Positions 8,957 through 18,112 of a stretch of DNA of 64,000 nucleotides are shown one piece after another. The DNA is from Gemmatimonadota bacterium (GTDB taxonomy: Bacteria > Gemmatimonadota > Gemmatimonadetes > Palauibacterales > Palauibacteraceae), in the NCBI GenBank assembly GCA_039587355.1, contig JBDHIO010000002.1, positions 95,824 to 159,823 on the forward strand, written 5' to 3'. Position numbers and translations under genes: made by a program. Below the pieces are notes generated by a model. That model saw only the letters and a list, made by a program, of their open reading frames with translations, searched no databases and had not been told where the DNA came from. Within the stretch, counting starts at the first letter, position 1. Every line of letters begins with the position of its first letter.

Positions 8957-11035
8957 ATGACGATCAAGAGATTCGGCGCCCTCCCCCTCGCCACCGCGCT
9001 TGTCGCGCTGCCCGCATGCGTCCCCGGCGAAGTGCCGGTCGCGGACCCGTGTCTCGAGCCGGCGAACGAGATCGTCGCGGAGAACTGTCTCAGCGGTAGC
9101 CCCTCGACGGAGTGGGACATCAACGGGTGGGGCGACCCGAGCATTCAGGGCTTCGGCCACGACATGAGTATCGCGGCCGGAGAGACGGTCGACTTCCGGA
9201 TTCTCACCGACTCCGACGATTACCGGATCGACGTATACCGGATGGGCTACTACGGGGGCATGGGAGCCCGCCGCGTAGACACGATCGAGCCGTCAGCCTC
9301 CCTCCCGCAGGATCAACCGGACTGCCTGACCGACCCCGAGACGCGTCTATTCGACTGCGGAAACTGGGAGGTATCCGCGTCGTGGCAGGTGCCGGACGAT
9401 GCCACGTCCGGCATCTACTTCGCTCGCCTCGTGCGAGAGGATCCCGCGCCCCCGGGCATGTGGCGCAACGACCGCTTCGAGCCGTCTTCCCTCCCACGGG
9501 GCTCGCTGAACGACCCCGAGTGGTACCGGACCCGGCCGGTGATGGCCAACGCGCTGGTAGAGCCGCGGGCGAGCCACATCTACTTCATCGTGCGCGACGA
9601 CGAGGGTGGGTCGGACCTGCTCTTTCAAACGTCGGACATGACCTGGCAGGCCTACAACCGGTACGGCGGGCACAGCGTGTATGGCCGGCTGAACCCGGAG
9701 CGGCCCCGAGCCCACGGCGGCCCACCCAGGGCCTACAAGGTCAGCTACAACAGACCGTTCGAGACGCGGGACTACCGGGCGGTGAACATCGTGTTCAACT
9801 CGGAATACCCGATGGTTCGCTGGCTCGAACGAAACGGCTACGACGTCAGCTATACCACCGGCATCGACACGCACCGGCGGGGCGATGAGATCCTCGAGCA
9901 CCGCGTCTTTCTGTCGGTCGGGCACGACGAGTACTGGTCGGGCAGCCAGCGCCGCAACGTCGAGGCCGCGCGGGCCGCGGGCGTAAGCCTCGCGTTCTTC
10001 TCAGGCAACGAGGTGTACTGGAAGACCCGCTGGGAAGACAGCATCGATCCGTCGGGCACCCCCTTCAGAACGCTCGTCACGTACAAGGAGACCCAGGACG
10101 ACGCGAAGATCGATCCCCTCGAGGATGTCTGGACGGGGACGTTCGCCGACGGTCGGCCGATCAACCCGGAGGGGGCGTGGCCGGAGAACGCTCTGACCGG
10201 GACGCTCTTCGCCGTGAACGCCTGGCGAAACGACCCGCTGATCGTCCCGGCCGAATACGGGGGCCTCCGGTTCTGGAGGGGCACCCGGGTCGCCGGGCTC
10301 GCAGAGGGCGAACGCGCCGTGCTCCTCAAGGGACTGCTCGGGCACGAGTGGGACTCGGACGTCGACAACGGGCACCGGCCGCCGGGCCTGTTCCGGCTAT
10401 CCGAAACCACGGTCGACAACGTCCTCGCCTGCTTCTACTACGGCTCGACGTGCGATTCCGGGACCGCCACGCATCACCTCGTCATGTATCGGCACGAGAG
10501 CGGCGCGCTGGTGTTCGGATCGGGCACCGTCCAGTGGCCCTGGGGACTCGACGCGCACCACGATACCGGGACGGGCGTGCCTCCCGAGCGGGCGAACGGC
10601 TGGAACACGCGGGTCGGCGTCGATCCGCACGGACCGGACGCGACGATTCAGCAGGCCACCGTGAACCTGTTCGCGGACATGGGCGTTCAGCCCACTACCC
10701 TCGAGCCGCATCTCCTGCTCGCCGTGGCCTCGACCGACGAGACGGCCCCGGCCACTACGCTGCTTACACCGGTGGACGGCGAGACGATCTCGGGTGTCGT
10801 TCGGATCTCCGGAACGGCCCGGGATGCCGGAGGGGGCGTCGTCGCGGGGGTGGAGGTATCGCTCGACGGAGGCGAGACCTGGCACCCCGCGACGGGGCGC
10901 GAAGAATGGACGCTCGAGTGGCCCCCCTTGGCCGGCGGAGCGCTGACGATCATCGGCCGCGCAGTCGACGACAGCGGGAACATCGGTCCGGGGAGCGCGC
11001 CGATCACGGTTACCGTTCGAGGAGGTGGGGCTTGA
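8957..11035 (+). CDS. Large secreted protein, N,N-dimethylformamidase large(beta)-subunit-like family with a C-terminal Ig-like domain (function unknown)
   Basis: 692 aa with a signal peptide. Motifs GHDEYWS and LLGHEWDSD are as I recall them from DMFase large-subunit homologs. C-terminal beta-rich Ig-like region. The product assignment is from memory of the family and is not certain. Confidence 0.55.
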   Translation: MTIKRFGALPLATALVALPACVPGEVPVADPCLEPANEIVAENCLSGSPSTEWDINGWGDPSIQGFGHDMSIAAGETVDFRILTDSDDYRIDVYRMGYYGGMGARRVDTIEPSASLPQDQPDCLTDPETRLFDCGNWEVSASWQVPDDATSGIYFARLVREDPAPPGMWRNDRFEPSSLPRGSLNDPEWYRTRPVMANALVEPRASHIYFIVRDDEGGSDLLFQTSDMTWQAYNRYGGHSVYGRLNPERPRAHGGPPRAYKVSYNRPFETRDYRAVNIVFNSEYPMVRWLERNGYDVSYTTGIDTHRRGDEILEHRVFLSVGHDEYWSGSQRRNVEAARAAGVSLAFFSGNEVYWKTRWEDSIDPSGTPFRTLVTYKETQDDAKIDPLEDVWTGTFADGRPINPEGAWPENALTGTLFAVNAWRNDPLIVPAEYGGLRFWRGTRVAGLAEGERAVLLKGLLGHEWDSDVDNGHRPPGLFRLSETTVDNVLACFYYGSTCDSGTATHHLVMYRHESGALVFGSGTVQWPWGLDAHHDTGTGVPPERANGWNTRVGVDPHGPDATIQQATVNLFADMGVQPTTLEPHLLLAVASTDETAPATTLLTPVDGETISGVVRISGTARDAGGGVVAGVEVSLDGGETWHPATGREEWTLEWPPLAGGALTIIGRAVDDSGNIGPGSAPITVTVRGGGA

Positions 11036-11478
11036 GGACGTTCACGATTACCCCGGACCGAGCGGAGGACCTCGCCGCGCTGTTCGACGGCTACCGCGTG
11101 TTTTACGAACAGGCCTCCGATCTGGCGGCCGCCCGGGCGTTCGTTTCCGAACGACTTTCTCGTGGCGACTCGCACATCATCGGGGCGGAGATCGATGGAA
11201 AGCTGGCTGGCTTCACCCAGCTCTACCCGAGCTTTTCCTCCGTGCGCATGCGCCGCACCTGGGTGCTGAACGATCTTTACGTGGCTCCCGCGGCCCGGCG
11301 CCGGGGGGTCGCGCAGGCGCTCATGCGGTCGGCCCTGCGCCACGCTATCGAGACGGGCGCGGCGTACCTTACGCTGGAGACCGCGCGGGACAACACGCCG
11401 GCGCAGGCGCTCTACGTGGCCGAGGGGTGGACGCTCGATGACGAGTACTGCCACTTCAATCGCGAGACGGGCGTCTGA
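11032..11478 (+). CDS. GNAT family N-acetyltransferase
   Basis: TTG start overlapping the upstream TGA and preceded by GGAGGTGGGG (SD). Acetyl-CoA binding motif RRRGVAQALM (Q/RxxGxG/A). Confidence 0.75.
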   Translation: MRTFTITPDRAEDLAALFDGYRVFYEQASDLAAARAFVSERLSRGDSHIIGAEIDGKLAGFTQLYPSFSSVRMRRTWVLNDLYVAPAARRRGVAQALMRSALRHAIETGAAYLTLETARDNTPAQALYVAEGWTLDDEYCHFNRETGV

Positions 11479-11514
11479 CCTGACGACAGCCAGAACGCAG
11501 ACTGGACGGTTTAC

Positions 11515-12144
11515 ATGATCAACACCCTCGGCAGGAACCGGCTGACCGCCGCCATCATGGTCCTCATGCCGGTCATGCTCCTTTCGACGGCAGGGGCGCA
11601 GGCGCAGGAACGCCCGATCGTGGTGATCGATGCGGGTCACGGAGGCGAAGAAGCCGGAGTCGTTCACGGAGACATCCTCGAGAAGGACATCATCCTTCGC
11701 GTCGCGTTCAACATGGCTGCGGAGTTCGTGAAGCACGGCTTCGACGTCCGACTCACGCGCACGGGCGACTACAACGTGGCGTGGGACCGACGTCGGGAGA
11801 TCGCCGAAGAGGCCGGCGCCGATCTACTCCTCATGCTTCACGCGATGGGCCAGGAAGACGAGAGCGTCCACGGGGCGGAGATCTACTTCCAGGAGGAGAG
11901 CGCGGTCAGCAGTCGTGCCGCGCGCCTCGTCGGAGAGGAGATGGAAGCCGGCGGCACCGCGGTGGCGCTTCTGCCGCGACCGTGGCCGTTCCTGCAGTCA
12001 CCGACGGTACCGACGGTCATGATCGAGCTCGGGCACCTGAGCAATCCGCTCGAACGCCGTGCGCTGTTATCTGATTCCTATCACCGTGAACTGGCGCGCT
12101 CGATGATGCGTGTTACCGAGGCGCTCGCCGAAGACGGGCGCTGA
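11515..12144 (+). CDS. N-acetylmuramoyl-L-alanine amidase (Amidase_3 family) with signal peptide
   Basis: IVVIDAGHGG...GV signature of Amidase_3 near the N-terminus after a signal peptide. Conserved E and H later (MIELGHLSN). Confidence 0.75.
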   Translation: MINTLGRNRLTAAIMVLMPVMLLSTAGAQAQERPIVVIDAGHGGEEAGVVHGDILEKDIILRVAFNMAAEFVKHGFDVRLTRTGDYNVAWDRRREIAEEAGADLLLMLHAMGQEDESVHGAEIYFQEESAVSSRAARLVGEEMEAGGTAVALLPRPWPFLQSPTVPTVMIELGHLSNPLERRALLSDSYHRELARSMMRVTEALAEDGR

Positions 12145-12166
12145 TCCAGACCCCACGGACGAATCC

Positions 12167-12415
12167 ATGCCGATCTACGAATACACCTGCACCGACTGTT
12201 CACACGAGTTCGAGCTGTTGATCCGCGGCGACGAGACACCCGCCTGCCCATCCTGCAGCAGCACGAGCCTGGAGAAGCGGTTTTCGCTTCCCCGCGTACA
12301 CTCGGAGGGCCGGAAGGCCCGTAGCCTCACCGCCGCGAAGAAGCGCGACCAGAAACAGGGGAGCGAGCGCGTGCGGGCCCAGCGAGAGTACGAGCTGAAC
12401 CACGACGATCACTGA
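12167..12415 (+). CDS. FmdB family zinc-ribbon protein (putative regulatory protein)
   Basis: MPIYEYTCTDCSHEFE...CPSCSS. The YEYxCxxC...CPxC pattern is the FmdB zinc ribbon. Confidence 0.7.
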   Translation: MPIYEYTCTDCSHEFELLIRGDETPACPSCSSTSLEKRFSLPRVHSEGRKARSLTAAKKRDQKQGSERVRAQREYELNHDDH

Positions 12416-12449
12416 GGCGGGCACCCCGCCGATCCCCCGGGAGGGTACG

Positions 12450-14063
12450 ATGAGCATGGAACGTCGGGACTTCCTCAAAGTCGCCGCGACGGGGGCCGCC
12501 GCGTCCGCCCTGGACCCGCGGACGCTGTCGGGCCTTTCGGGAGATCCGGCCGCCATGCCGGCCGCCGTGCGCCAGCCGGCGCAGGAGGCGGCGATCCCGC
12601 TCGGAAACGGAGAGCCCCCCGCCCTTCAGTTCCAGGCCTACCCGGGGGGGACGGGCGCGCTGATGGAGAAGCTCTGGCGCGAGCATGAAGGCCACCCGTT
12701 CGCACGCACCCCCATCGAGATCGAGCCCTGGTCCGGGCCGGTCCCGACGGACGAGGAGGACGTCGCGTTTCTTCCCGTCCACCGCCTCGCTGCTCTCCTT
12801 CGAGAGCGTCATTTCTCGTCGACCGATTTGCTGGACATCTACTTGGCCCGCATGAACCGCTACGACCCCGCGTTGCTCTGTGCCGTCTCGATCCTCGAGG
12901 GCCACGCCCGGGAGGCGGCGGAACAGGCGGACGCGGAGATCCGGGCCGGCGATTGGCGCGGTCCTCTGCACGGAATCCCCTACGGTGTGAAGGACCTGTT
13001 CTCTGTCCGCGGGACGAGAACCACCTGGGGTTCCGCGGACTTCGAGAACCGCATCATCGACGAGGACGCCGAGGTCGTGCTCCGACTTCGCGAGGCCGGG
13101 GCCGTGCTGATGGCGAAGCTCGCAACTGGTGAATTCGCGCGCGGCGACATGTGGTACCGGGGGCGTACACGGAACCCGTGGAACCCCGAGCAGGGATCGA
13201 GCGGCTCGTCCGCGGGTCCGGGATCGGCCACCGCCGCCGCGTGCGTGGCGTTCGGGATCGGGACGGAAACCCGTGGGTCCATCGTCTCGCCCGCGCGTCG
13301 TAACGGATTGAGCGCGCTTCGCCCGACCTTCGGGCGCGTTAGCCGGTACGGAGGGATGGTCCTGGCCTGGAGCATGGACAAGACGGGGCCGATGTGCCGG
13401 ACGATCGAGGACTGTGCGCTGGTCTTCAACGAGATTCACGGATCGGACGAAAAGGACCCGGCATCGCTCACCGCTCCCTTCCGCTTCGACAGATCCATCG
13501 ACCTTGCGTCGCTTCGCATCGGGTACACCGAGGACGCGCCGGAGTCATTCATCACCACGCTTCGCGAGCTCGGCGCCGATCCCCGGCCCATGCCGGAGTT
13601 GCCGCGCTCGCCGTCCAGCGCGCTCGGGGCCGAGTCGGCCTCCGCCTTCGACTTCCACATCGCCCCCGGAGGCGAGTTGCCGGAAATCCCCGAAGACGCG
13701 ACGGATCAGGAGCGCCGTCGGATGAGCCGCTTCCGGGGCGGCCGCGACGACCTGGCGATGGATTTCGTGCACTCCCAGCGCCGACGCCTCATCGCCATGA
13801 AGGCGATGGCGGAGGCCATGGAAGACTTCGACATGTTCGCAACGGGGAGTGGCCAGGTCGGCCTGACGAACGAGACGGGACACCCGGCGGCGATCGTCCA
13901 GTACGGCTTCGGTGTCCGCGACCCCGACGCGGACTCGTTGCATGAGCAGCCGTTGACGACGACGCTCATCGGGGACCTGTTCGCGGACGACAAGATCCTC
14001 GGCGTGGCGCACAGGTTTCAGGTAGCGACAGACTGGCACACCCGGCGCCCGGCACTCGACTGA
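12450..14063 (+). CDS. Amidase (amidase-signature family) with a Tat signal peptide
   Basis: RRDFLKVAATGAAASAL Tat motif. AS-family signature GSSGSSAGPGSATAAA... and Ser-cisSer-Lys triad context (GIPYGVKD...). Confidence 0.85.
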   Translation: MSMERRDFLKVAATGAAASALDPRTLSGLSGDPAAMPAAVRQPAQEAAIPLGNGEPPALQFQAYPGGTGALMEKLWREHEGHPFARTPIEIEPWSGPVPTDEEDVAFLPVHRLAALLRERHFSSTDLLDIYLARMNRYDPALLCAVSILEGHAREAAEQADAEIRAGDWRGPLHGIPYGVKDLFSVRGTRTTWGSADFENRIIDEDAEVVLRLREAGAVLMAKLATGEFARGDMWYRGRTRNPWNPEQGSSGSSAGPGSATAAACVAFGIGTETRGSIVSPARRNGLSALRPTFGRVSRYGGMVLAWSMDKTGPMCRTIEDCALVFNEIHGSDEKDPASLTAPFRFDRSIDLASLRIGYTEDAPESFITTLRELGADPRPMPELPRSPSSALGAESASAFDFHIAPGGELPEIPEDATDQERRRMSRFRGGRDDLAMDFVHSQRRRLIAMKAMAEAMEDFDMFATGSGQVGLTNETGHPAAIVQYGFGVRDPDADSLHEQPLTTTLIGDLFADDKILGVAHRFQVATDWHTRRPALD

Positions 14064-14116
14064 GCCCCGACACCGGACGAGCCTGACCCGGCTCCCACGC
14101 GTTCGAGGTCTCCCGG

Positions 14117-15004
14117 CTACTCCTCGTCGACGACGACTGCCTGGTCGTCGTGCACGGGGTCGGGCTTGAACGCGTAGACCGGACAATCCGTCCGCCGCAG
14201 GACGCCCTCCGCGACGCTACCCAACAGCGCCCGATCGAGACCGGAGTGCCCATGCGTGGGCATCACCAGAAGATCGGCGTGGCTGGCCCGTCGCGAGATC
14301 TCCCGCACCGCCCGGCCGACCAGGATGTGCGTCGTCACTTCGATGTCTCCGCGTACCGGCTCGGCGAGCGCATCCAAACGCTCATGAACGGTCGCGGTGA
14401 CGTTCTTCATGTCCAGCACCAGGGTGCCCGCCGGCATGTAGAAGTCCGGCATGGTGGGCGGATCGATGGAGTGGACCAGCTCGAGCCGCGCCGAGAACCT
14501 CCGCGCCAGCATCGTCGCGACCTCGATCTGCTGCTCCGTCATCGGAGAGAAGTCCACGGGTGCGAGGATCCGCTCGTAGGTCAGCGAGTCGGGGTCGCCG
14601 GCCGCCTCGGCGTGAACGATCAATACGGGACACCGGCTGGCCCGCAGCACTTCTTCCGCGACACTCCCGAGGAGAAGCCGCGGAACGCCACGGCGCCCGT
14701 GCGAGCCCATTACGATCAGATCGATCTCGTTCTCCTCGGCGTAGTCGATCACCGTAGGTCCGACCGTGATCCCTCGCCGGACCTGACGCACGTCAGGAAC
14801 GTCGCCCGTCGGCAGACGCATGAGCTCGTTCCTGGCTTCCGTCTCATCGGGAAACTCATCGATCAGAGGAGACGTGGGTCCGAACGGAACCTGGACCGTG
14901 AGCAGGTGCACCTCGCCGTCGAACGCGTGTGCGAATCGCACCGCGTGCGAAAGGGCGGCGGCGGCGTGCCGGGAGAAGTCGGTCGGTACCAGAATGCGCT
15001 GCAT
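14117..15004 (-). CDS. Universal stress protein (tandem UspA domains)
   Basis: MQRILVPTDFS..., two Usp domains each ending with the G-x2-G-x9-G-S ATP-binding motif (GSHGRRG..LLGSVAEEVL and PTHGHSGLDRALLGSVAEGVL). Confidence 0.85.
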   Translation of the reverse strand: MQRILVPTDFSRHAAAALSHAVRFAHAFDGEVHLLTVQVPFGPTSPLIDEFPDETEARNELMRLPTGDVPDVRQVRRGITVGPTVIDYAEENEIDLIVMGSHGRRGVPRLLLGSVAEEVLRASRCPVLIVHAEAAGDPDSLTYERILAPVDFSPMTEQQIEVATMLARRFSARLELVHSIDPPTMPDFYMPAGTLVLDMKNVTATVHERLDALAEPVRGDIEVTTHILVGRAVREISRRASHADLLVMPTHGHSGLDRALLGSVAEGVLRRTDCPVYAFKPDPVHDDQAVVVDEE

Positions 15005-15372
15005 CGCTCGGCTCCTGAATTTCGCGTTGGGCCGGCCCCGTGTCAGTCACGGCGCGGGTTGCCGGCGCCCGCAACATACCGTTCGCACACCATGTGCCCG
15101 CCATGGGGGTACGGCGCAGCCCCCTGAAAACCCCGCTACACGGACGTTCCCGCCCCTTCGACCGCGTACCGGACATCGGCGGTCGGGCCAATATGTCCCG
15201 GCCACGCGGCCAATGTGACCCGCGCCCCACCCACCGCACGCTCCGACATACGGGCCGTCACCCACGTAACTGGTTGTTATGTTGAGACTTAACAGATCTA
15301 CATCGGTGACTCGGGGCACATCGAGATAGGGCACGATCCTCGCCGGCACGGTGATCGGGACGACGGTACACC

Positions 15373-15951
15373 ATGAACCCAACAGGCAGGACGGAAATGA
15401 CTCGTTTGAGAGACATCATGACCGCGGACGTTCATGCGGTCTCCTCGGACGCCACCCTACAGGAGCTCGCGGAGTTCTTCACGGAGGAGAACGTGTCCGG
15501 GGCACCCGTGCTGGACGGCGAGAAGCTGGTGGGGGTCGTATCCGTCACGGATCTCATCGAATTCGATGCCGACGGGCGCGGCGTCCCCAGGTACGAAGCA
15601 ATCGAAACCGACGAGTTCAACGAGGAAGCAAGGGACCCCGCGGCGCCCACGGCACCGGGCTTCTTCACCGACCCATGGGACGATGCTCGCGTCCGCGTGC
15701 GCAGCCGGCTCTCCGCGGGAGGGGCGCTCTGGAGCTCGCTCCAGGACCAGACCGTGGCCGACGTCATGACGCGAGACTTGCTGACCATGCCTGCGACCGC
15801 CGAGGTCGGCGATGCAGCGCGGTCGATGATGAAGGCCGGGGTTCACCGGCTGCTCGTCATGGAGGGCGCGGACCTGGCCGGCGTGGTTACGACGACGGAC
15901 ATCGTACGGGCCGTGGCGAGATACGGCCTCGGTTCGAAAGATTCGGATTGA
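15373..15951 (+). CDS. CBS domain pair protein
   Basis: Two CBS modules (LRDIMTADVHAV... and VADVMTRDLLTM...GVHRLLVMEG..LAGVVTTTDIVRAV). Alternative ATG at 15397. Confidence 0.75.
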   Translation: MNPTGRTEMTRLRDIMTADVHAVSSDATLQELAEFFTEENVSGAPVLDGEKLVGVVSVTDLIEFDADGRGVPRYEAIETDEFNEEARDPAAPTAPGFFTDPWDDARVRVRSRLSAGGALWSSLQDQTVADVMTRDLLTMPATAEVGDAARSMMKAGVHRLLVMEGADLAGVVTTTDIVRAVARYGLGSKDSD

Positions 15952-16863
15952 TTGGAGCGAACGGTGAAGACCCGCTGGGCGATCGTACTACCGATCTCGG
16001 CCGTAACGATCACGTGTGCCTACAATCCGCCGCCCGCGCCGATATCCGGGGACGCCGAGACGATCGGTTTCCTGGCCGGGGAGTGGAGCGGGACGTACGA
16101 GAGCCGTGACACCGGCCGCAACGGGAGCATCTACTTCCGCCTGTCGGCGGGAGCCGACACGGCGCAGGGCGAGGTTCTGATGGCCCCGTCGTACGACGCG
16201 TATGCCCGCGTCGAGGATCTGCGCCCCGGCGACCCCGATCCGTTGCCTGCGATCAAGGCCCCGCCGGTCGTGACGATTCGGTTCGTCCGCGCCGGCGGTG
16301 AGTGGATCTACGGCGAGCTGGACGAGTATCGCGACCCGGTGACGGGCGCGTTGCTCCAGACGACCTTCAGCGGACGCATCGATGGGGAGCGCATTCACGG
16401 ACAGTTCGAGTCCGCGCCCGTCGGTACCGCCGTGGTGTCGCTCGGCACCTGGAGTGCGGACCGCTCCGGGCCTCCGCCACGCCCCCGGGCGCTGGCTGCA
16501 GCCCCGGCCGCCCGTCCCGTCCCGGGGGATACCGTGGGTGTCGGACCCGACCCGGAGGAGATGCTGGCGCTCGGCCGTGAGCTCTTCCAGGATCTCGGAT
16601 GCGCGTTCTGCCACGGCCCGGAGGGGCGCGCGCGCATCGCCCCCGACCTGTCGTCCACGCTTCCACACCGGAGCTTCGACTGGGTCTACAGGATGATCCT
16701 CCAGCCCGACTCAATGGTCCGGAACGACCCGGTGGCGAAGGGCATGTACGAGCAGTACGAGCTTCAGATGCCCGATCGGGCGGTCACCCCGTGGGAGGCG
16801 CTGGTCCTGTACGAATACATGGTGGAGGAGGTGCTGAAGGACCCCGAACCCCTAAACCGCTAG
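15952..16863 (+). CDS. Lipoprotein/secreted protein with a C-terminal mono-heme cytochrome c domain
   Basis: N-terminal signal/lipobox-like AVTITC and a CAFCHG (CxxCH) heme-binding motif near residue 217. TTG start immediately after the CBS gene stop. Confidence 0.65.
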   Translation: MERTVKTRWAIVLPISAVTITCAYNPPPAPISGDAETIGFLAGEWSGTYESRDTGRNGSIYFRLSAGADTAQGEVLMAPSYDAYARVEDLRPGDPDPLPAIKAPPVVTIRFVRAGGEWIYGELDEYRDPVTGALLQTTFSGRIDGERIHGQFESAPVGTAVVSLGTWSADRSGPPPRPRALAAAPAARPVPGDTVGVGPDPEEMLALGRELFQDLGCAFCHGPEGRARIAPDLSSTLPHRSFDWVYRMILQPDSMVRNDPVAKGMYEQYELQMPDRAVTPWEALVLYEYMVEEVLKDPEPLNR

Positions 16864-18086
16864 GAGTCCCGTCTCTCGAAACGCGCCGGGTCGAAGGGCG
16901 CCAGATCGATCTCGGACCGGCCCTCGAGCACGAGTTGTGCGAGGGCCTTTCCGGTCGATGGAGCGAGCGTGACGCCGAGCATCTGGTGACCGGTAGCCAC
17001 GAAGACGCCGGGCACGGATCCCCAGGAACCGATGGCCGGGAGCCCATCCGGGGTGAGCGGCCGCATGCCGACCCACTCCTCGACCCTCGTTCCATTCAGC
17101 GCCTCCGGCACCACCCCCTTCACCACGCGGCGAATCGAATCGAGGCGACGGCGTTCGAGGGTCCGGTTGATGCCCGACAGCTCCATGGTCCCCCCGATCC
17201 GGAGGCTCCCCTCGTAGGGTGTCATGCCGATCTTGCCGTCGCAGAGGTACAGGGGGCTGCGGATCCGAATCGCCGGGTCGTGTACCGTGAGGCTGTACCC
17301 CTTGCCCGCCTGTAGCGGAAGATGGGGTCCGGGTCCCGATAGAAGCCCTCCCGTCTCCGCCCCGGCCGCGACGATCACGGCCGAAGCTTCGACCGCCCCC
17401 GCCGGACCCTCGAGGACGACACCCGACTCGATGACCCTGATCGCATCGACGCGGAACCCCTCTTCGACCCGGACGCCGTCTCGGGCCGACGCGTCGGCGA
17501 CGGCCGCACACACGCTACTCGCGAGAACGTGACGGTCGGTGCGCACGTGCAGGGCCCCCGCGAACGTCCGGGGGAGGGCGGGCTCCCTGCTCGCGAGCTC
17601 GTCGGCGGACCACTCTTCGACTCGCGCGGCCCCGACCACCTCGATCACGCGTCTCTCGGCTTCCAGGGCCTCGCGCCGCAGGGACACGAACGTCAAACCG
17701 GCCGAGGCCGACTCGAATTCAAGCCCGTCCGCGGCGAGCTCATCGTACAGGTGCATGGTCGAACGGCTCAGCTCGGTCAGCGCTCGTGACCCGGACGCGA
17801 AATCGGCCTCGTTGCAGTGGCTCCGGAACCGCAACAACCACGGGCTCAGCCCCGGCATGGCCGAGGGCTTGATGTAGAGAGGCGAATCGGAATCGAGCAT
17901 CGAAGCGACCGATCGCACGCCCAGCCCCGGGGCCGGAAGAGGCGACGAGATCGAGGGGCAGACCCAACCGAGGTTGCCCCACGAGCACCCACGGCCGACG
18001 CCGTCGCGTTCGAGGATCGTGACGTCGGCCCCGGCCCTCCTCAGGTAGTGGGCACACATCAACCCGATGATGCCGCCGCCGACCAC
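16860..18086 (-). CDS. FAD-dependent oxidoreductase (D-amino acid dehydrogenase / glycine oxidase-like, DAO family). Start uncertain.
   Basis: VAVVGGGIIGLMCAHYL dinucleotide-binding motif near the N-terminus, and a DAO-like C-terminus (GLPAIGSW...GVFVATGHQMLGVTLAPSTG). There is no canonical in-frame start upstream of the Rossmann strand before the upstream gene. The nearest candidate is the GTG at 18086, which truncates beta-1. Confidence 0.65.
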   Translation of the reverse strand: MVGGGIIGLMCAHYLRRAGADVTILERDGVGRGCSWGNLGWVCPSISSPLPAPGLGVRSVASMLDSDSPLYIKPSAMPGLSPWLLRFRSHCNEADFASGSRALTELSRSTMHLYDELAADGLEFESASAGLTFVSLRREALEAERRVIEVVGAARVEEWSADELASREPALPRTFAGALHVRTDRHVLASSVCAAVADASARDGVRVEEGFRVDAIRVIESGVVLEGPAGAVEASAVIVAAGAETGGLLSGPGPHLPLQAGKGYSLTVHDPAIRIRSPLYLCDGKIGMTPYEGSLRIGGTMELSGINRTLERRRLDSIRRVVKGVVPEALNGTRVEEWVGMRPLTPDGLPAIGSWGSVPGVFVATGHQMLGVTLAPSTGKALAQLVLEGRSEIDLAPFDPARFERRDS

Positions 18087-18112
18087 GGCGACCGACTCGG
18101 GAGGACGCGCGG

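Noticed and set aside
7682-9160. 492-aa minus-strand ORF antisense to csaA and to the secreted protein and DMFase-like genes
   Set aside because: Low-complexity Arg/Ser/Gly-rich product, antisense to three plus-strand genes with signal peptides or recognisable domains.
10687-11736. 349-aa minus-strand ORF antisense to the DMFase-like 3' end, the GNAT gene and the amidase_3 5' end
   Set aside because: It overlaps three domain-supported plus-strand genes. The composition is Arg/Pro/Gly-rich.
16860-16863. Convergent genes whose stop codons overlap (CTAG: TAG on both strands)
   Set aside because: A curiosity of compact genomes, not a functional element. No hairpin or terminator is visible.
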